Assembly: GCA_964016885.1 (NCBI GenBank)
Contig: OZ024748.1
Location: 31,000,001-31,064,000, forward strand
Reading direction: 5' to 3'
From: Eledone cirrhosa
Lineage: Eukaryota
DNA length: 64,000 nucleotides
Within the stretch, counting starts at the first letter, position 1; each line of letters starts with the position of its first letter. A program made the position numbers and the translations under genes. Below, piece by piece: positions 1-15,000 of this stretch. Below the pieces are notes generated by a model that was given only the letters and a program-made list of their open reading frames with translations, had not been told where the DNA came from and did not search any database.

Positions 1-3000
1 CCACAAGCCTTAGACGTAGACTTAAACCCCAACCCCAAGCCTTAGACTTAGACTTAAACCCCAACTCCAAGCCTCAGAATTAAACCATAACCAGAAGCCT
101 TAGGCATAAACTCCAAACCCAAGCCTTAGACTTTGACTTAAACACCAACTCCTAGCCTTAGACTTAATCTTAAACCCCAAACCCAAGTCTTAGACTTAGA
201 CTTAATCCTCGACGCCCAAGCCTTAGACTTAGATTTAAATACCAACCCCAGGCCTTAGACTTAGAATTAAACCACAACCCAAAGCCTTAGTCATAGACTT
301 AATCCCCAACACCAAGCCTTAGACTTAGACTTAAACCTAAACCCAAAGCTTTAGAATTAAACTTAAACCCCAACCCGAAGCCTTAGACTTAGACTTAAAC
401 CCGAACCCCAAGCCTTAGACTTAGACTTAATCCACAACATTAAGCTTTAGACTTAAACTTAAACCCCAAGCCTTAGACATAGATTTAAACCCCAACCACA
501 AGCCTTAGACAAAGATTACACCCCAAGCCCAAGCCTTAGAGTTAGACTTGAAGCCCAAGCCCAAGCATAAGACTTAGACTTAAACCCCAACCCCAAGCCT
601 TGGTCGTAGCCTTAAACCTCTGCCCAAAGCCCTAGAATGAGCCTTAAACCCCAAGCCGAAGCTTTAGACTTAAACTTAAACCCTAACCCAAGTCTTAGAC
701 TTAGAGTTAAACCCTAACCCCAAGGCTTAGACTTAGATTTAAACCCCAACCCCAAGCCTTAGACTTAGACTTACACCCCAACCCCTAGCCTTAGACGTAA
801 ACTTAAACCCCAACTCCAAGCCTCAGACTTAGAATTAAACCCCAGCCCCAAGCCTTATACATAGACTTAAACCACAACCCCAAGCCTTAGCCCAACCCGT
901 AAACTTAAACCCCAACCCCAAGCCTTAGATTTAGACTTAAACTCCAATCCTAAGCCTTAGACATAGACTTAAACCCCAACCCAAGCTCTAGACATCGACA
1001 TAAACCCCAACCACAAGCATTAGACTTAGAACTAAACTCCAACCCCAAGCCTTAGACTTGAACGCCAACCCCAAGCCTTAGACTTAGACATAAACGCCCT
1101 CCCCCAAGCCTTAGACTTAGACTTAAACCCCAAATCGAAGCCTTAGACTTAAACCCTAACACCAACACTTAGACTTAGACTTAAACCTCAAACCCAAGCC
1201 TTAGACGTAAAATTAAACCCCAACTCCAAGACTTAGACTTAAACCCCAACCTCAAGCCTTAGACGTAGTCTTAAACCCCAACCCAAAGCCTTAGACTTAG
1301 AATTAAACTCCAACCCCAAGCCTTAGGCATAGACTTCAAGCGCAAGCGTTAGACTTAGACTTGAACCCCAACCATAAGCATAAGACTTAGACTTAAAGCC
1401 CAACCCCAAAACTTAGACTTAGACTTAAACCCCAACCCCTAGCCTTAGACTTAAAGCCCAACCCAAAGCCTTAGACTTAAACTTAAACCCTAACCCAAGT
1501 CTTAGACTTAGAGTTAAATCCTAACCCCAAGGCTTAGACTTAGATTTAAACCCCAATCCCAAGCTTTAGACTTAGACGTAAACCCAAACTCCAAGCCTTA
1601 GAATTAAATCCAAATCACAACACTTAGACTTAAACACGAACCCAACCTTATCCTTAGAATTAGACTTATACCCCAACCCCAAGCCTTAGACTTAGACTTA
1701 AACCCTAACGCCAAGCATTAGATTTATACTCACGTCCTAAACCCAAGCCTTAGATTTAGACTTAAACCCTAACCACATGCCTTAGATTTAGACTTAAACC
1801 CGAACCCCAAGCCTCAGACGTAGACTTAAACCACAAACCCAAGCGTTAGACCTAGACTTAAACCCCAAGCCTTAGGCTTAGACTTAAACCCTAAACTTAA
1901 ACCTTAGAGTTATATTTAACCCCAATCCCGAGCCTGAGACTTAAACTTAAACCCAAACCCCAAGCCTTAGAATTAGACTTAAAACCCAACCTAAAGCCTT
2001 AGACTTAGACTTAATCCCCAACATTAAGCTTTAGACTTAGACTTAAACCCCAAGCCTGAGACATAGATTTAAACCCCAACCACAAGACTTAGGCTTAGAC
2101 TTAAACCCCAAGACAAACTTAGAATTAGACTTGAACCCCAACCACAAGCATAAGACTTAGACTTAAACACCAACCCCAAGACTTAGACTTAGAATTAAAC
2201 CCCAACCCCAAGCCTTAGACTTAGACTTAAAGCCCAACCTAAAGCCTTAGACTTAGACTTAAACCCCAACCCCAAGCCTTAGACATATACTTGAAAACCA
2301 ACCCCAAGCGTTAGACTTAGATTTAAACCCAACACCAAGCTTTAGAATTAAACCCTAACACCAAGCCTTCTACTTAAATCCGAAACCAACATTTAGACTT
2401 AGATTTAAACCACAAACCCAAGCCTTAGACTTAGACTTAAACCCGAACCTCAAGCCTAAGAGTTAAACACCAACCCCAATTCTTAGTCTTAGATTTAAAC
2501 CCCACCCTTAGACTTAAACATAAACCCCAAGCGTTAGAATTAAACAATAACCACAAGCCGTAGACTTAAACCACCTGCATTAGACTTAGATTTAAAGCCA
2601 ACACCAAGCCTTAGACTTAAACAGTAACCCCAAGCCTTAGACGTAAGACCAAACACCAAGTCTTAGAATTAAACCCTAATACGAACCCTTAGACTTAGAC
2701 GTAAACGCCAACCCAAAGGCTTAGACTTTGACTTTAAACCCTAACCCTTAGACTTAGACGTAAACTTAAACTTAGACTTAGACTTAAACCCCAACCCGAA
2801 GCTTAAACTTAAACACTAACCCCAAGCCTCAGGCTTAGACTTAAACCCCAACCCTTAGACTTAGATATAAACTTAAACTTAGATTTAGACTTAAACCCCA
2901 ACCCCAAACTTTATACTTAGACTTAAAACCCAACTCCACAAGTCTTAGTCTTAAATCCCAACCCCAAGCCTTAGACTTAGACTTAAACCCTAACCCCAAG

Positions 3001-6000
3001 CCTTAGATTATACTTAAACCACAAGCCTTAGACTTAGAATTTAAACCCCAATCCCAATCCTGAGACTTAAACTTAAAACCTAACCCCAAGCCTTAGACTT
3101 AAATCCTAAACCGACCCTTAGACTTAGACTTAAACCACAAATCCAAGCCTCATACTTAGACTTAAACCCCAACCACAAGACTTGGACATAGACATAAACC
3201 CCAACCCCTAGCCTTAGACTTAAACACTAACCCGAAACCTCAGACTTAGACTTAAACCCCAACCCTTTGACGTAAACTTAAACTTAGATATAAACTTAAA
3301 CCCCAACCTCAAGCCTTAGACTTAGACTTGAACCCCATCTACAAGTTTTAGACTTAGATTTAAACCCCAACCCTAAAGGTTAGACTTTGATTGCAACCCC
3401 AACTCCTAGCCTTAGACTTAATCCCAAACCCAAGATTCAGATTTGTACTTAAACCCCAACCCTTAGACTTAGACTTAAACCCCAACCACAAGCCTTAGAT
3501 TTCGATTGTAAACCCCAAAACCAATCCTGGGACTTAGACTTAAACTCCAACCCCAAGCCTTAGACTTAAACTTAAACCCCAACACATGCCTTAGATTTAG
3601 AATGAAATCCCAACACCTTACCTTAGACGTAAACTTAAACCCCAATCCCAAGGCTTATACTTTGACTTAAACCCGAACCACAAGCCTTTTACATAGACTT
3701 AAACCACAAACCCAAGCCTTAGAATTAAACCCTAATAACAAGCTTGAGACTTACAACCTAACCCCAAACCCAAACCTTAGCCCAACCCGTAAATTTAAAC
3801 CCAAACCCAAAGCCTTAGATTTAGACTTAAACTCCAAGCCTTAGACATAGACTTAAACCCCAACCCCAAGTTTAGAGTTCCACATAAAACCCAACCACAA
3901 GCCTTAGACGTAGACTTAAACCCCAACCCCAAGCCTTAGACTTAGACTTAAACCCCAACTCCAAGCCTCAGAATTAAACCATAACCAGAAGCCTTAGGCA
4001 TAAACTCCAAACCCAAGCCTTAGACTTTGACTTAAACACCAACTCCTAGCCTTAGACTTAATCTTAAACCCCAAACCCAAGTCTTAGACTTAGACTTAAT
4101 CCTCGACGCCCAAGCCTTAGACTTAGATTTAAATACCAACCCCAGGCCTTAGACTTAGAATTAAACCACAACCCAAAGCCTTAGTCATAGACTTAATCCC
4201 CAACACCAAGCCTTAGACTTAGACTTAAACCTAAACCCAAAGCTTTAGAATTAAACTTAAACCCCAACCCGAAGCCTTAGACTTAGACTTAAACCCGAAC
4301 CCCAAGCCTTAGACTTAGACTTAATCCACAACATTAAGCTTTAGACTTAAACTTAAACCCCAAGCCTTAGACATAGATTTAAACCCCAACCACAAGCCTT
4401 AGACAAAGATTACACCCCAAGCCCAAGCCTTAGAGTTAGACTTGAAGCCCAAGCCCAAGCATAAGACTTAGACTTAAACCCCAACCCCAAGCCTTGGTCG
4501 TAGCCTTAAACCTCTGCCCAAAGCCCTAGAATGAGCCTTAAACCCCAAGCCGAAGCTTTAGACTTAAACTTAAACCCTAACCCAAGTCTTAGACTTAGAG
4601 TTAAACCCTAACCCCAAGGCTTAGACTTAGATTTAAACCCCAACCCCAAGCCTTAGACTTAGACTTACACCCCAACCCCTAGCCTTAGACGTAAACTTAA
4701 ACCCCAACTCCAAGCCTCAGACTTAGAATTAAACCCCAGCCCCAAGCCTTATACATAGACTTAAACCACAACCCCAAGCCTTAGCCCAACCCGTAAACTT
4801 AAACCCCAACCCCAAGCCTTAGATTTAGACTTAAACTCCAATCCTAAGCCTTAGACATAGACTTAAACCCCAACCCAAGCTCTAGACATCGACATAAACC
4901 GCAACCACAAGCATTAGACTTAGAACTAAACTCCAACCCCAAGCCTTAGACTTGAACGCCAACCCCAAGCCTTAGACTTAGACTTAAACCCCAAATCGAA
5001 GCCTTAGACTTAAACCCTAACACCAACACTTAGACTTAGACTTAAACCTCAAACCCAAGCCTTAGACGTAAAATTAAACCCCAACTCCAAGACTTAGACT
5101 TGAACCCCAACCACAAGCATAAGACTTAGACTTAAACACCAACCCCAAGACTTAGACTTAGAATTAAACCCCAACCCCAAGCCTTAGACTTAGACTTAAA
5201 GCCCAACCTAAAGCCTTAGACTTAGACTTAAACCCCAACCCCAAGCCTTAGACATATACTTGAAAACCAACCCCAAGCGTTAGACTTAGATTTAAACCCA
5301 ACACCAAGCTTTAGAATTAAACCCTAACACCAAGCCTTCTACTTAAATCCGAAACCAACATTTAGACTTAGATTTAAACCACAAACCCAAGCCTTAGACT
5401 TAGACTTAAACCCGAACCTCAAGCCTAAGAGTTAAACACCAACCCCAATTCTTAGTCTTAGATTTAAACCCCACCCTTAGACTTAAACATAAACCCCAAG
5501 CGTTAGAATTAAACAATAACCACAAGCCATAGACTTAAACCACCTGCATTAGACTTAGATTTAAAGCCAACACCAAGCCTTAGACTTAAACAGTAACCCC
5601 AAGCCTTAGACGTAAGCCCAAACACCAAGTCTTAGAATTAAACCCTAATACGAACCCTTAGACTTAGACTTAAACCACAAACCCAAGCCTTAGACTTAGA
5701 CGTAAACGCCAACCCAAAGGCTTAGACTTTGACTTTAAACCCTAACCCTTAGACTTAGACGTAAACTTAAACTTAGACTTAGACTTAAACCCCAACCCGA
5801 AGCTTAAACTTAAACACTAACCCCAAGCCTCAGGCTTAGACTTAAACCCCAACCCTTAGACTTAGATATAAACTTAAACTTAGATTTAGACTTAAACCCC
5901 AACCCCAAACTTTATACTTAGACTTAAAACCCAACTCCACAAGTCTTAGTCTTAAATCCCAACCCCAAGCCTTAGACTTAGACTTAAACCCTAACCCCAA

Positions 6001-9000
6001 GCCTTAGATTATACTTAAACCACAAGCCTTAGACTTAGAATTTAAACCCCAATCCCAATCCTGAGACTTAAACTTAAAACCTAACGCCAATCCTTAGACT
6101 TAAATCCCAACCCAAAGCGTTAGACTTAGACTTCAACACTAACCCCAAGCCTCAGACTTAGATTCAAACCCCAACCCTTAGACTTAGACTAAACCCCAAC
6201 CCCTAGCCTTAGACTTAAACACTAACCCGAAACCTCAGACTTAGACTTAAACCCCAACCCTTTGACGTAAACTTAAACTTAGATATAAACTTAAACCCCA
6301 ACCTCAAGCCTTAGACTTAGACTTGAACCCCAACTACAAGATTTAGACTTAGATTTAAACCCCAACCCTAAAGGTTAGACTTTGATTGCAACCCCAACTC
6401 CTAGCCTTAGACTTAATCCCAACCCCAAGATTCAGATTTGTACTTAAACCCCAACCCTTAGACTTAGACTTAAACCCCAACCACAAGCCTTAGATTTCGA
6501 TTGTAAACCCCAAAACCAATCCTGGGACTTAGACTTAAACTCCAACCCCAAGCCTTAGACTTAAACTTAAACCCCAACACATGCCTTAGATTTAGAATGA
6601 AATCCCAACACCTTACCTTAGACGTAAACTTAAACCCCAATCCCAAGGCTTATACTTTGACTTAAACCCGAACCACAAGCCTTTTACATAGACTTAAACC
6701 ACAAACCCAAGCCTTAGAATTAAACCCTAATAACAAGCTTGAGACTTACAACCTAACCCCAAACCCAAACCTTAGCCCAACCCGTAAATTTAAACCCAAA
6801 CCCAAAGCCTTAGATTTAGACTTAAACTCCAAGCCTTAGACATAGACTTAAACCCCAACCCCAAGTTTAGAGTTCCACATAAAACCCAACCACAAGCCTT
6901 AGACGTAGACTTAAACCCCAACCCCAAGCCTTAGACTTAGACTTAAACCCCAACTCCAAGCCTCAGAATTAAACCATAACCAGAAGCCTTAGGCATAAAC
7001 TCCAAACCCAAGCCTTAGACTTTGACTTAAACACCAACTCCTAGCCTTAGACTTAATCTTAAACCCCAAACCCAAGTCTTAGACTTAGACTTAATCCTCG
7101 ACGCCCAAGCCTTAGACTTAGATTTAAATACCAACCCCAGGCCTTAGACTTAGAATTAAACCACAACCCAAAGCCTTAGTCATAGACTTAATCCCCAACA
7201 CCAAGCCTTAGACTTAGACTTAAACCTAAACCCAAAGCTTTAGAATTAAACTTAAACCCCAACCCGAAGCCTTAGACTTAGACTTAAACCCGAACCCCAA
7301 GCCTTAGACTTAGACTTAATCCACAACATTAAGCTTTAGACTTAAACTTAAACCCCAAGCCTTAGACATAGATTTAAACCCCAACCACAAGCCTTAGACA
7401 AAGATTACACCCCAAGCCCAAGCCTTAGAGTTAGACTTGAAGCCCAAGCCCAAGCATAAGACTTAGACTTAAACCCCAACCCCAAGCCTTGGTCGTAGCC
7501 TTAAACCTCTGCCCAAAGCCCTAGAATGAGCCTTAAACCCCAAGCCGAAGCTTTAGACTTAAACTTAAACCCTAACCCAAGTCTTAGACTTAGAGTTAAA
7601 CCCTAACCCCAAGGCTTAGACTTAGATTTAAACCCCAACCCCAAGCCTTAGACTTAGACTTACACCCCAACCCCTAGCCTTAGACGTAAACTTAAACCCC
7701 AACTCCAAGCCTCAGACTTAGAATTAAACCCCAGCCCCAAGCCTTATACATAGACTTAAACCACAACCCCTAGCCTTAGCCCAACCCGTAAACTTAAACC
7801 CCAACCCCAAGCCTTAGATTTAGACTTAAACTCCAATCCTAAGCCTTAGACATAGACTTAAACCCCAACCCAAGCTCTAGACATCGACATAAACCCCAAC
7901 CACAAGCATTAGACTTAGAACTAAACTCCAACCCCAAGCCTTAGACTTGAACGCCAACCCCAAGCCTTAGACTTAGACATAAACGTCCTCCCCCAAGCCT
8001 TAGACTTAGACTTAAACCCCAAATCGAAGCCTTAGACTTAAACCCTAACACCAACACTTAGACTTAGACTTAAACCTCAAACCCAAGCCTTAGACGTAAA
8101 ATTAAACCCCAACTCCAAGACTTAGACTTAAACCCCAACCTCAAGCCTTAGACGTAGTCTTAAACCCCAACCCAAAGCCTTAGACTTAGAATTAAACTCC
8201 AACCCCAAGCCTTAGGCATAGACTTCAAGCGCAAGCGTTAGACTTAGACTTGAACCCCAACCATAAGCATAAGACTTAGACTTAAAGCCCAACCCCAAAA
8301 CTTAGACTTAGACTTAAACCCCAACCCCTAGCCTTAGACTTAAAGCCCAACCCAAAGCCTTAGACTTAAACTTAAACCCTAACCCAAGTCTTAGACTTAG
8401 AGTTAAACCCTAACCCCAAGGCTTAGACTTAGATTTAAACCCCAATCCCAAGCTTTAGACTTAGACGTAAACCCAAACTCCAAGCCTTAGAATTAAATCC
8501 AAATCACAACACTTAGACTTAAACACGAACCCAACCTTATCCTTAGAATTAGACTTATACCCCAACCCCAAGCCTTAGACTTAGACTTAAACCCTAACGC
8601 CAAGCATTAGATTTATACTCACGTCCTAAACCCAAGCCTTAGATTTAGACTTAAACCCTAACCACATGCCTTAGATTTAGACTTAAACCCGAACCCCAAG
8701 CCTCAGACGTAGACTTAAACCACAAACCCAAGCGTTAGACCTAGACTTAAACCCCAAGCCTTAGGCTTAGACTTAAACCCCAAACTTAAACCTTAGAGTT
8801 ATATTTAACCCCAATCCCGAGCCTGAGACTTAAACTTAAACCCAAACCCCAAGCCTTAGAATTAGACTTAAAACCCAACCTAAAGCCTTAGACTTAGACT
8901 TAATCCCCAACATTAAGCTTTAGACTTAGACTTAAACCCCAAGCCTGAGACATAGATTTAAACCCCAACCACAAGACTTAGGCTTAGACTTAAACCCCAA

Positions 9001-12000
9001 GACAAACTTAGAATTAGACTTGAAGCCCAAGCGCAAGCGTTAGACTTAGACTTGAACCCCAACCACAAGCATAAGACTTAGACTTAAACACCAACCCCAA
9101 GACTTAGACTTAGAATTAAACCCCAACCCCAAGCCTTAGACTTAGACTTAAAGCCCAACCTAAAGCCTTAGACTTAGACTTAAACCCCAACCCCAAGCCT
9201 TAGACATATACTTGAAAACCAACCCCAAGCGTTAGACTTAGATTTAAACCCAACACCAAGCTTTAGAATTAAACCCTAACACCAAGCCTTCTACTTAAAT
9301 CCGAAACCAACATTTAGACTTAGATTTAAACCACAAACCCAAGCCTTAGACTTAGACTTAAACCCGAACCTCAAGCCTAAGAGTTAAACACCAACCCCAA
9401 TTCTTAGTCTTAGATTTAAACCCCACCCTTAGACTTAAACATAAACCCCAAGCGTTAGAATTAAACAATAACCACAAGCCGTAGACTTAAACCACCTGCA
9501 TTAGACTTAGATTTAAAGCCAACACCAAGCCTTAGACTTAAACAGTAACCCCAAGCCTTAGACGTAAGACCAAACACCAAGTCTTAGAATTAAACCCTAA
9601 TACGAACCCTTAGACTTAGACGTAAACGCCAACCCAAAGGCTTAGACTTTGACTTTAAACCCTAACCCTTAGACTTAGACGTAAACTTAAACTTAGACTT
9701 AGACTTAAACCCCAACCCGAAGCTTAAACTTAAACACTAACCCCAAGCCTCAGGCTTAGACTTAAACCCCAACCCTTAGACTTAGATATAAACTTAAACT
9801 TAGATTTAGACTTAAACCCCAACCCCAAACTTTATACTTAGACTTAAAACCCAACTCCACAAGTCTTAGTCTTAAATCCCAACCCCAAGCCTTAGACTTA
9901 GACTTAAACCCTAACCCCAAGCCTTAGATTATACTTAAACCACAAGCCTTAGACTTAGAATTTAAACCCCAATCCCAATCCTGAGACTTAAACTTAAAAC
10001 CTAACCCCAAGACTTAGACTTAAATCCTAAACCGACCCTTAGACTTAGACTTAAACCACAAATCCAAGCCTCATACTTAGACTTAAACCCCAACCACAAG
10101 ACTTAGACATAGACATAAACCCCAACCCCTAGCCTTAGACTTAAACACTAACCCGAAACCTCAGACTTAGACTTAAACCCCAACCCTTTGACGTAAACTT
10201 AAACTTAGATATAAACTTAAACCCCAACCTCAAGCCTTAGACTTAGACTTGAACCCCAACTACAAGTTTTAGACTTAGATTTAAACCCCAACCCTAAAGG
10301 TTAGACTTCGATTGCAACCCCAACTCCTAGCCTTAGACTTAATCCCAAACCCAAGATTCAGATTTGTACTTAAACCCCAACCCTTAGACTTAGACTTAAA
10401 CCCCAACCACAAGCCTTAGATTTCGATTGTAAACCCCAAAACCAATCCTGGGACTTAGACTTAAACTCCAACCCCAAGCCTTAGACTTAAACTTAAACCC
10501 CAACACATGCCTTAGATTTAGAATGAAATCCCAACACCTTACCTTAGACGTAAACTTAAACCCCAATCCCAAGGCTTATACTTTGACTTAAACCCGAACC
10601 ACAAGCCTTTTACATAGACTTAAACCACAAACCCAAGCCTTAGAATTAAACCCTAATAACAAGCTTGAGACTTACAACCTAACCCCAAACCCAAACCTTA
10701 GCCCAACCCGTAAATTTAAACCCAAACCCAAAGCCTTAGATTTAGACTTAAACTCCAAGCCTTAGACATAGACTTAAACCCCAACCCCAAGTTTAGAGTT
10801 CCACATAAAACCCAACCACAAGCCTTAGACGTAGACTTAAACCCCAACCCCAAGCCTTAGACTTAGACTTAAACCATAACCAGAAGCCTTAGGCATAAAC
10901 TCCAAACCCAAGCCTTAGACTTTGACTTAAACACCAACTCCTAGCCTTAGACTTAATCTTAAACCCCAAACCCAAGTCTTAGACTTAGACTTAATCCTCG
11001 ACGCCCAAGCCTTAGACTTAGATTTAAATACCAACCCCAGGCCTTAGACTTAGAATTAAACCACAACCCAAAGCCTTAGTCATAGACTTAATCCCCAACA
11101 CCAAGCCTTAGACTTAGACTTAAACCTAAACCCAAAGCTTTAGAATTAAACTTAAACCCCAACCCGAAGCCTTAGACTTAGACTTAAACCCGAACCCCAA
11201 GCCTTAGACTTAGACTTAATCCACAACATTAAGCTTTAGACTTAAACTTAAACCCCAAGCCTTAGACATAGATTTAAACCCCAACCACAAGCCTTAGACA
11301 AAGATTACACCCCAAGCCCAAGCCTTAGAGTTAGACTTGAAGCCCAAGCCCAAGCATAAGACTTAGACTTAAACCCCAACCCCAAGCCTTGGTCGTAGCC
11401 TTAAACCTCTGCCCAAAGCCATAGAATGAGCCTTAAACCCCAAGCCGAAGCTTTAGACTTAAACTTAAACCCTAACCCAAGTCTTAGACTTAGAGTTAAA
11501 CCCTAACCCCAAGGCTTAGACTTAGATTTAAACCCCAACCCCAAGCCTTAGACTTAGACTTACACCCCAACCCCTAGCCTTAGACGTAAACTTAAACCCC
11601 AACTCCAAGCCTCAGACTTAGAATTAAACCCCAGCCCCAAGCCTTATACATAGACTTAAACCACAACCCCAAGCCTTAGCCCAACCCGTAAACTTAAACC
11701 CCAACCCCAAGCCTTAGATTTAGACTTAAACTCCAATCCTAAGCCTTAGACATAGACTTAAACCCCAACCCAAGCTCTAGACATCGACATAAACCGCAAC
11801 CACAAGCATTAGACTTAGAACTAAACTCCAACCCCAAGCCTTAGACTTGAACGCCAACCCCAAGCCTTAGACTTAGACATAAACGCCCTCCCCCAAGCCT
11901 TAGACTTAGACTTAAACCCCAAATCGAAGCCTTAGACTTAAACCCTAACACCAACACTTAGACTTAGACTTAAACCTCAAACCCAAGCCTTAGACGTAAA

Positions 12001-15000
12001 ATTAAACCCCAACTCCAAGACTTAGACTTGAACCCCAACCACAAGCATAAGACTTAGACTTAAACACCAACCCCAAGACTTAGACTTAGAATTAAACCCC
12101 AACCCCAAGCCTTAGACTTAGACTTAAAGCCCAACCTAAAGCCTTAGACTTAGACTTAAACCCCAACCCCAAGCCTTAGACATATACTTGAAAACCAACC
12201 CCAAGCGTTAGACTTAGATTTAAACCCAACACCAAGCTTTAGAATTAAACCCTAACACCAAGCCTTCTACTTAAATCCGAAACCAACATTTAGACTTAGA
12301 TTTAAACCACAAACCCAAGCCTTAGACTTAGACTTAAACCCGAACCTCAAGCCTAAGAGTTAAACACCAACCCCAATTCTTAGTCTTAGATTTAAACCCC
12401 ACCCTTAGACTTAAACATAAACCCCAAGCGTTAGAATTAAACAATAACCACAAGCCATAGACTTAAACCACCTGCATTAGACTTAGATTTAAAGCCAACA
12501 CCAAGCCTTAGACTTAAACAGTAACCCCAAGCCTTAGACGTAAGCCCAAACACCAAGTCTTAGAATTAAACCCTAATACGAACCCTTAGACTTAGACTTA
12601 AACCACAAACCCAAGCCTTAGACTTAGACGTAAACGCCAACCCAAAGGCTTAGACTTTGACTTTAAACCCTAACCCTTAGACTTAGACGTAAACTTAAAC
12701 TTAGACTTAGACTTAAACCCCAACCCGAAGCTTAAACTTAAACACTAACCCCAAGCCTCAGGCTTAGACTTAAACCCCAACCCTTAGACTTAGATATAAA
12801 CTTAAACTTAGATTTAGACTTAAACCCCAACCCCAAACTTTATACTTAGACTTAAAACCCAACTCCACAAGTCTTAGTCTTAAATCCCAACCCCAAGCCT
12901 TAGACTTAGACTTAAACCCTAACCCCAAGCCTTAGATTATACTTAAACCACAAGCCTTAGACTTAGAATTTAAACCCCAATCCCAATCCTGAGACTTAAA
13001 CTTAAAACCTAACGCCAATCCTTAGACTTAAATCCCAACCCAAAGCGTTAGACTTAGACTTCAACACTAACCCCAAGCCTCAGACTTAGATTCAAACCCC
13101 AACCCTTAGACTTAGACTAAACCCCAACCCCTAGCCTTAGACTTAAACACTAACCCGAAACCTCAGACTTAGACTTAAACCCCAACCCTTTGACGTAAAC
13201 TTAAACTTAGATATAAACTTAAACCCCAACCTCAAGCCTTAGACTTAGACTTGAACCCCAACTACAAGATTTAGACTTAGATTTAAACCCCAACCCTAAA
13301 GGTTAGACTTTGATTGCAACCCCAACTCCTAGCCTTAGACTTAATCCCAACCCCAAGATTCAGATTTGTACTTAAACCCCAACCCTTAGACTTAGACTTA
13401 AACCCCAACCACAAGCCTTAGATTTCGATTGTAAACCCCAAAACCAATCCTGGGACTTAGACTTAAACTCCAACCCCAAGCCTTAGACTTAAACTTAAAC
13501 CCCAACACATGCCTTAGATTTAGAATGAAATCCCAACACCTTACCTTAGACGTAAACTTAAACCCCAATCCCAAGGCTTATACTTTGACTTAAACCCGAA
13601 CCACAAGCCTTTTACATAGACTTAAACCACAAACCCAAGCCTTAGAATTAAACCCTAATAACAAGCTTGAGACTTACAACCTAACCCCAAACCCAAACCT
13701 TAGCCCAACCCGTAAATTTAAACCCAAACCCAAAGCCTTAGATTTAGACTTAAACTCCAAGCCTTAGACATAGACTTAAACCCCAACCCCAAGTTTAGAG
13801 TTCCACATAAAACCCAACCACAAGCCTTAGACGTAGACTTAAACCCCAACCCCAAGCCTTAGACTTAGACTTAAACCCCAACTCCAAGCCTCAGAATTAA
13901 ACCATAACCAGAAGCCTTAGGCATAAACTCCAAACCCAAGCCTTAGACTTTGACTTAAACACCAACTCCTAGCCTTAGACTTAATCTTAAACCCCAAACC
14001 CAAGTCTTAGACTTAGACTTAATCCTCGACGCCCAAGCCTTAGACTTAGATTTAAATACCAACCCCAGGCCTTAGACTTAGAATTAAACCACAACCCAAA
14101 GCCTTAGTCATAGACTTAATCCCCAACACCAAGCCTTAGACTTAGACTTAAACCTAAACCCAAAGCTTTAGAATTAAACTTAAACCCCAACCCGAAGCCT
14201 TAGACTTAGACTTAAACCCGAACCCCAAGCCTTAGACTTAGACTTAATCCACAACATTAAGCTTTAGACTTAAACTTAAACCCCAAGCCTTAGACATAGA
14301 TTTAAACCCCAACCACAAGCCTTAGACAAAGATTACACCCCAAGCCCAAGCCTTAGAGTTAGACTTGAAGCCCAAGCCCAAGCATAAGACTTAGACTTAA
14401 ACCCCAACCCCAAGCCTTTGTCGTAGCCTTAAACCTCTGCCCAAAGCCCTAGAATGAGCCTTAAACCCCAAGCCGAAGCTTTAGACTTAAACTTAAACCC
14501 TAACCCAAGTCTTAGACTTAGAGTTAAACCCTAACCCCAAGGCTTAGACTTAGATTTAAACCCCAAGCCTTAGACTTAGACTTACACCCCAACCCCTAGC
14601 CTTAGACGTAAACTTAAACCCCAACTCCAAGCCTCAGACTTAGAATTAAACCCCAGCCCCAAGCCTTATACATAGACTTAAACCACAACCCCTAGCCTTA
14701 GCCCAACCCGTAAACTTAAACCCCAACCCCAAGCCTTAGATTTAGACTTAAACTCCAATCCTAAGCCTTAGACATAGACTTAAACCCCAACCCAAGCTCT
14801 AGACATCGACATAAACCCCAACCACAAGCATTAGACTTAGAACTAAACTCCAACCCCAAGCCTTAGACTTGAACGCCAACCCCAAGCCTTAGACTTAGAC
14901 ATAAACGCCCTCCCCCAAGCCTTAGACTTAGACTTAAACCCCAAATCGAAGCCTTAGACTTAAACCCTAACACCAACACTTAGACTTAGACTTAAACCTC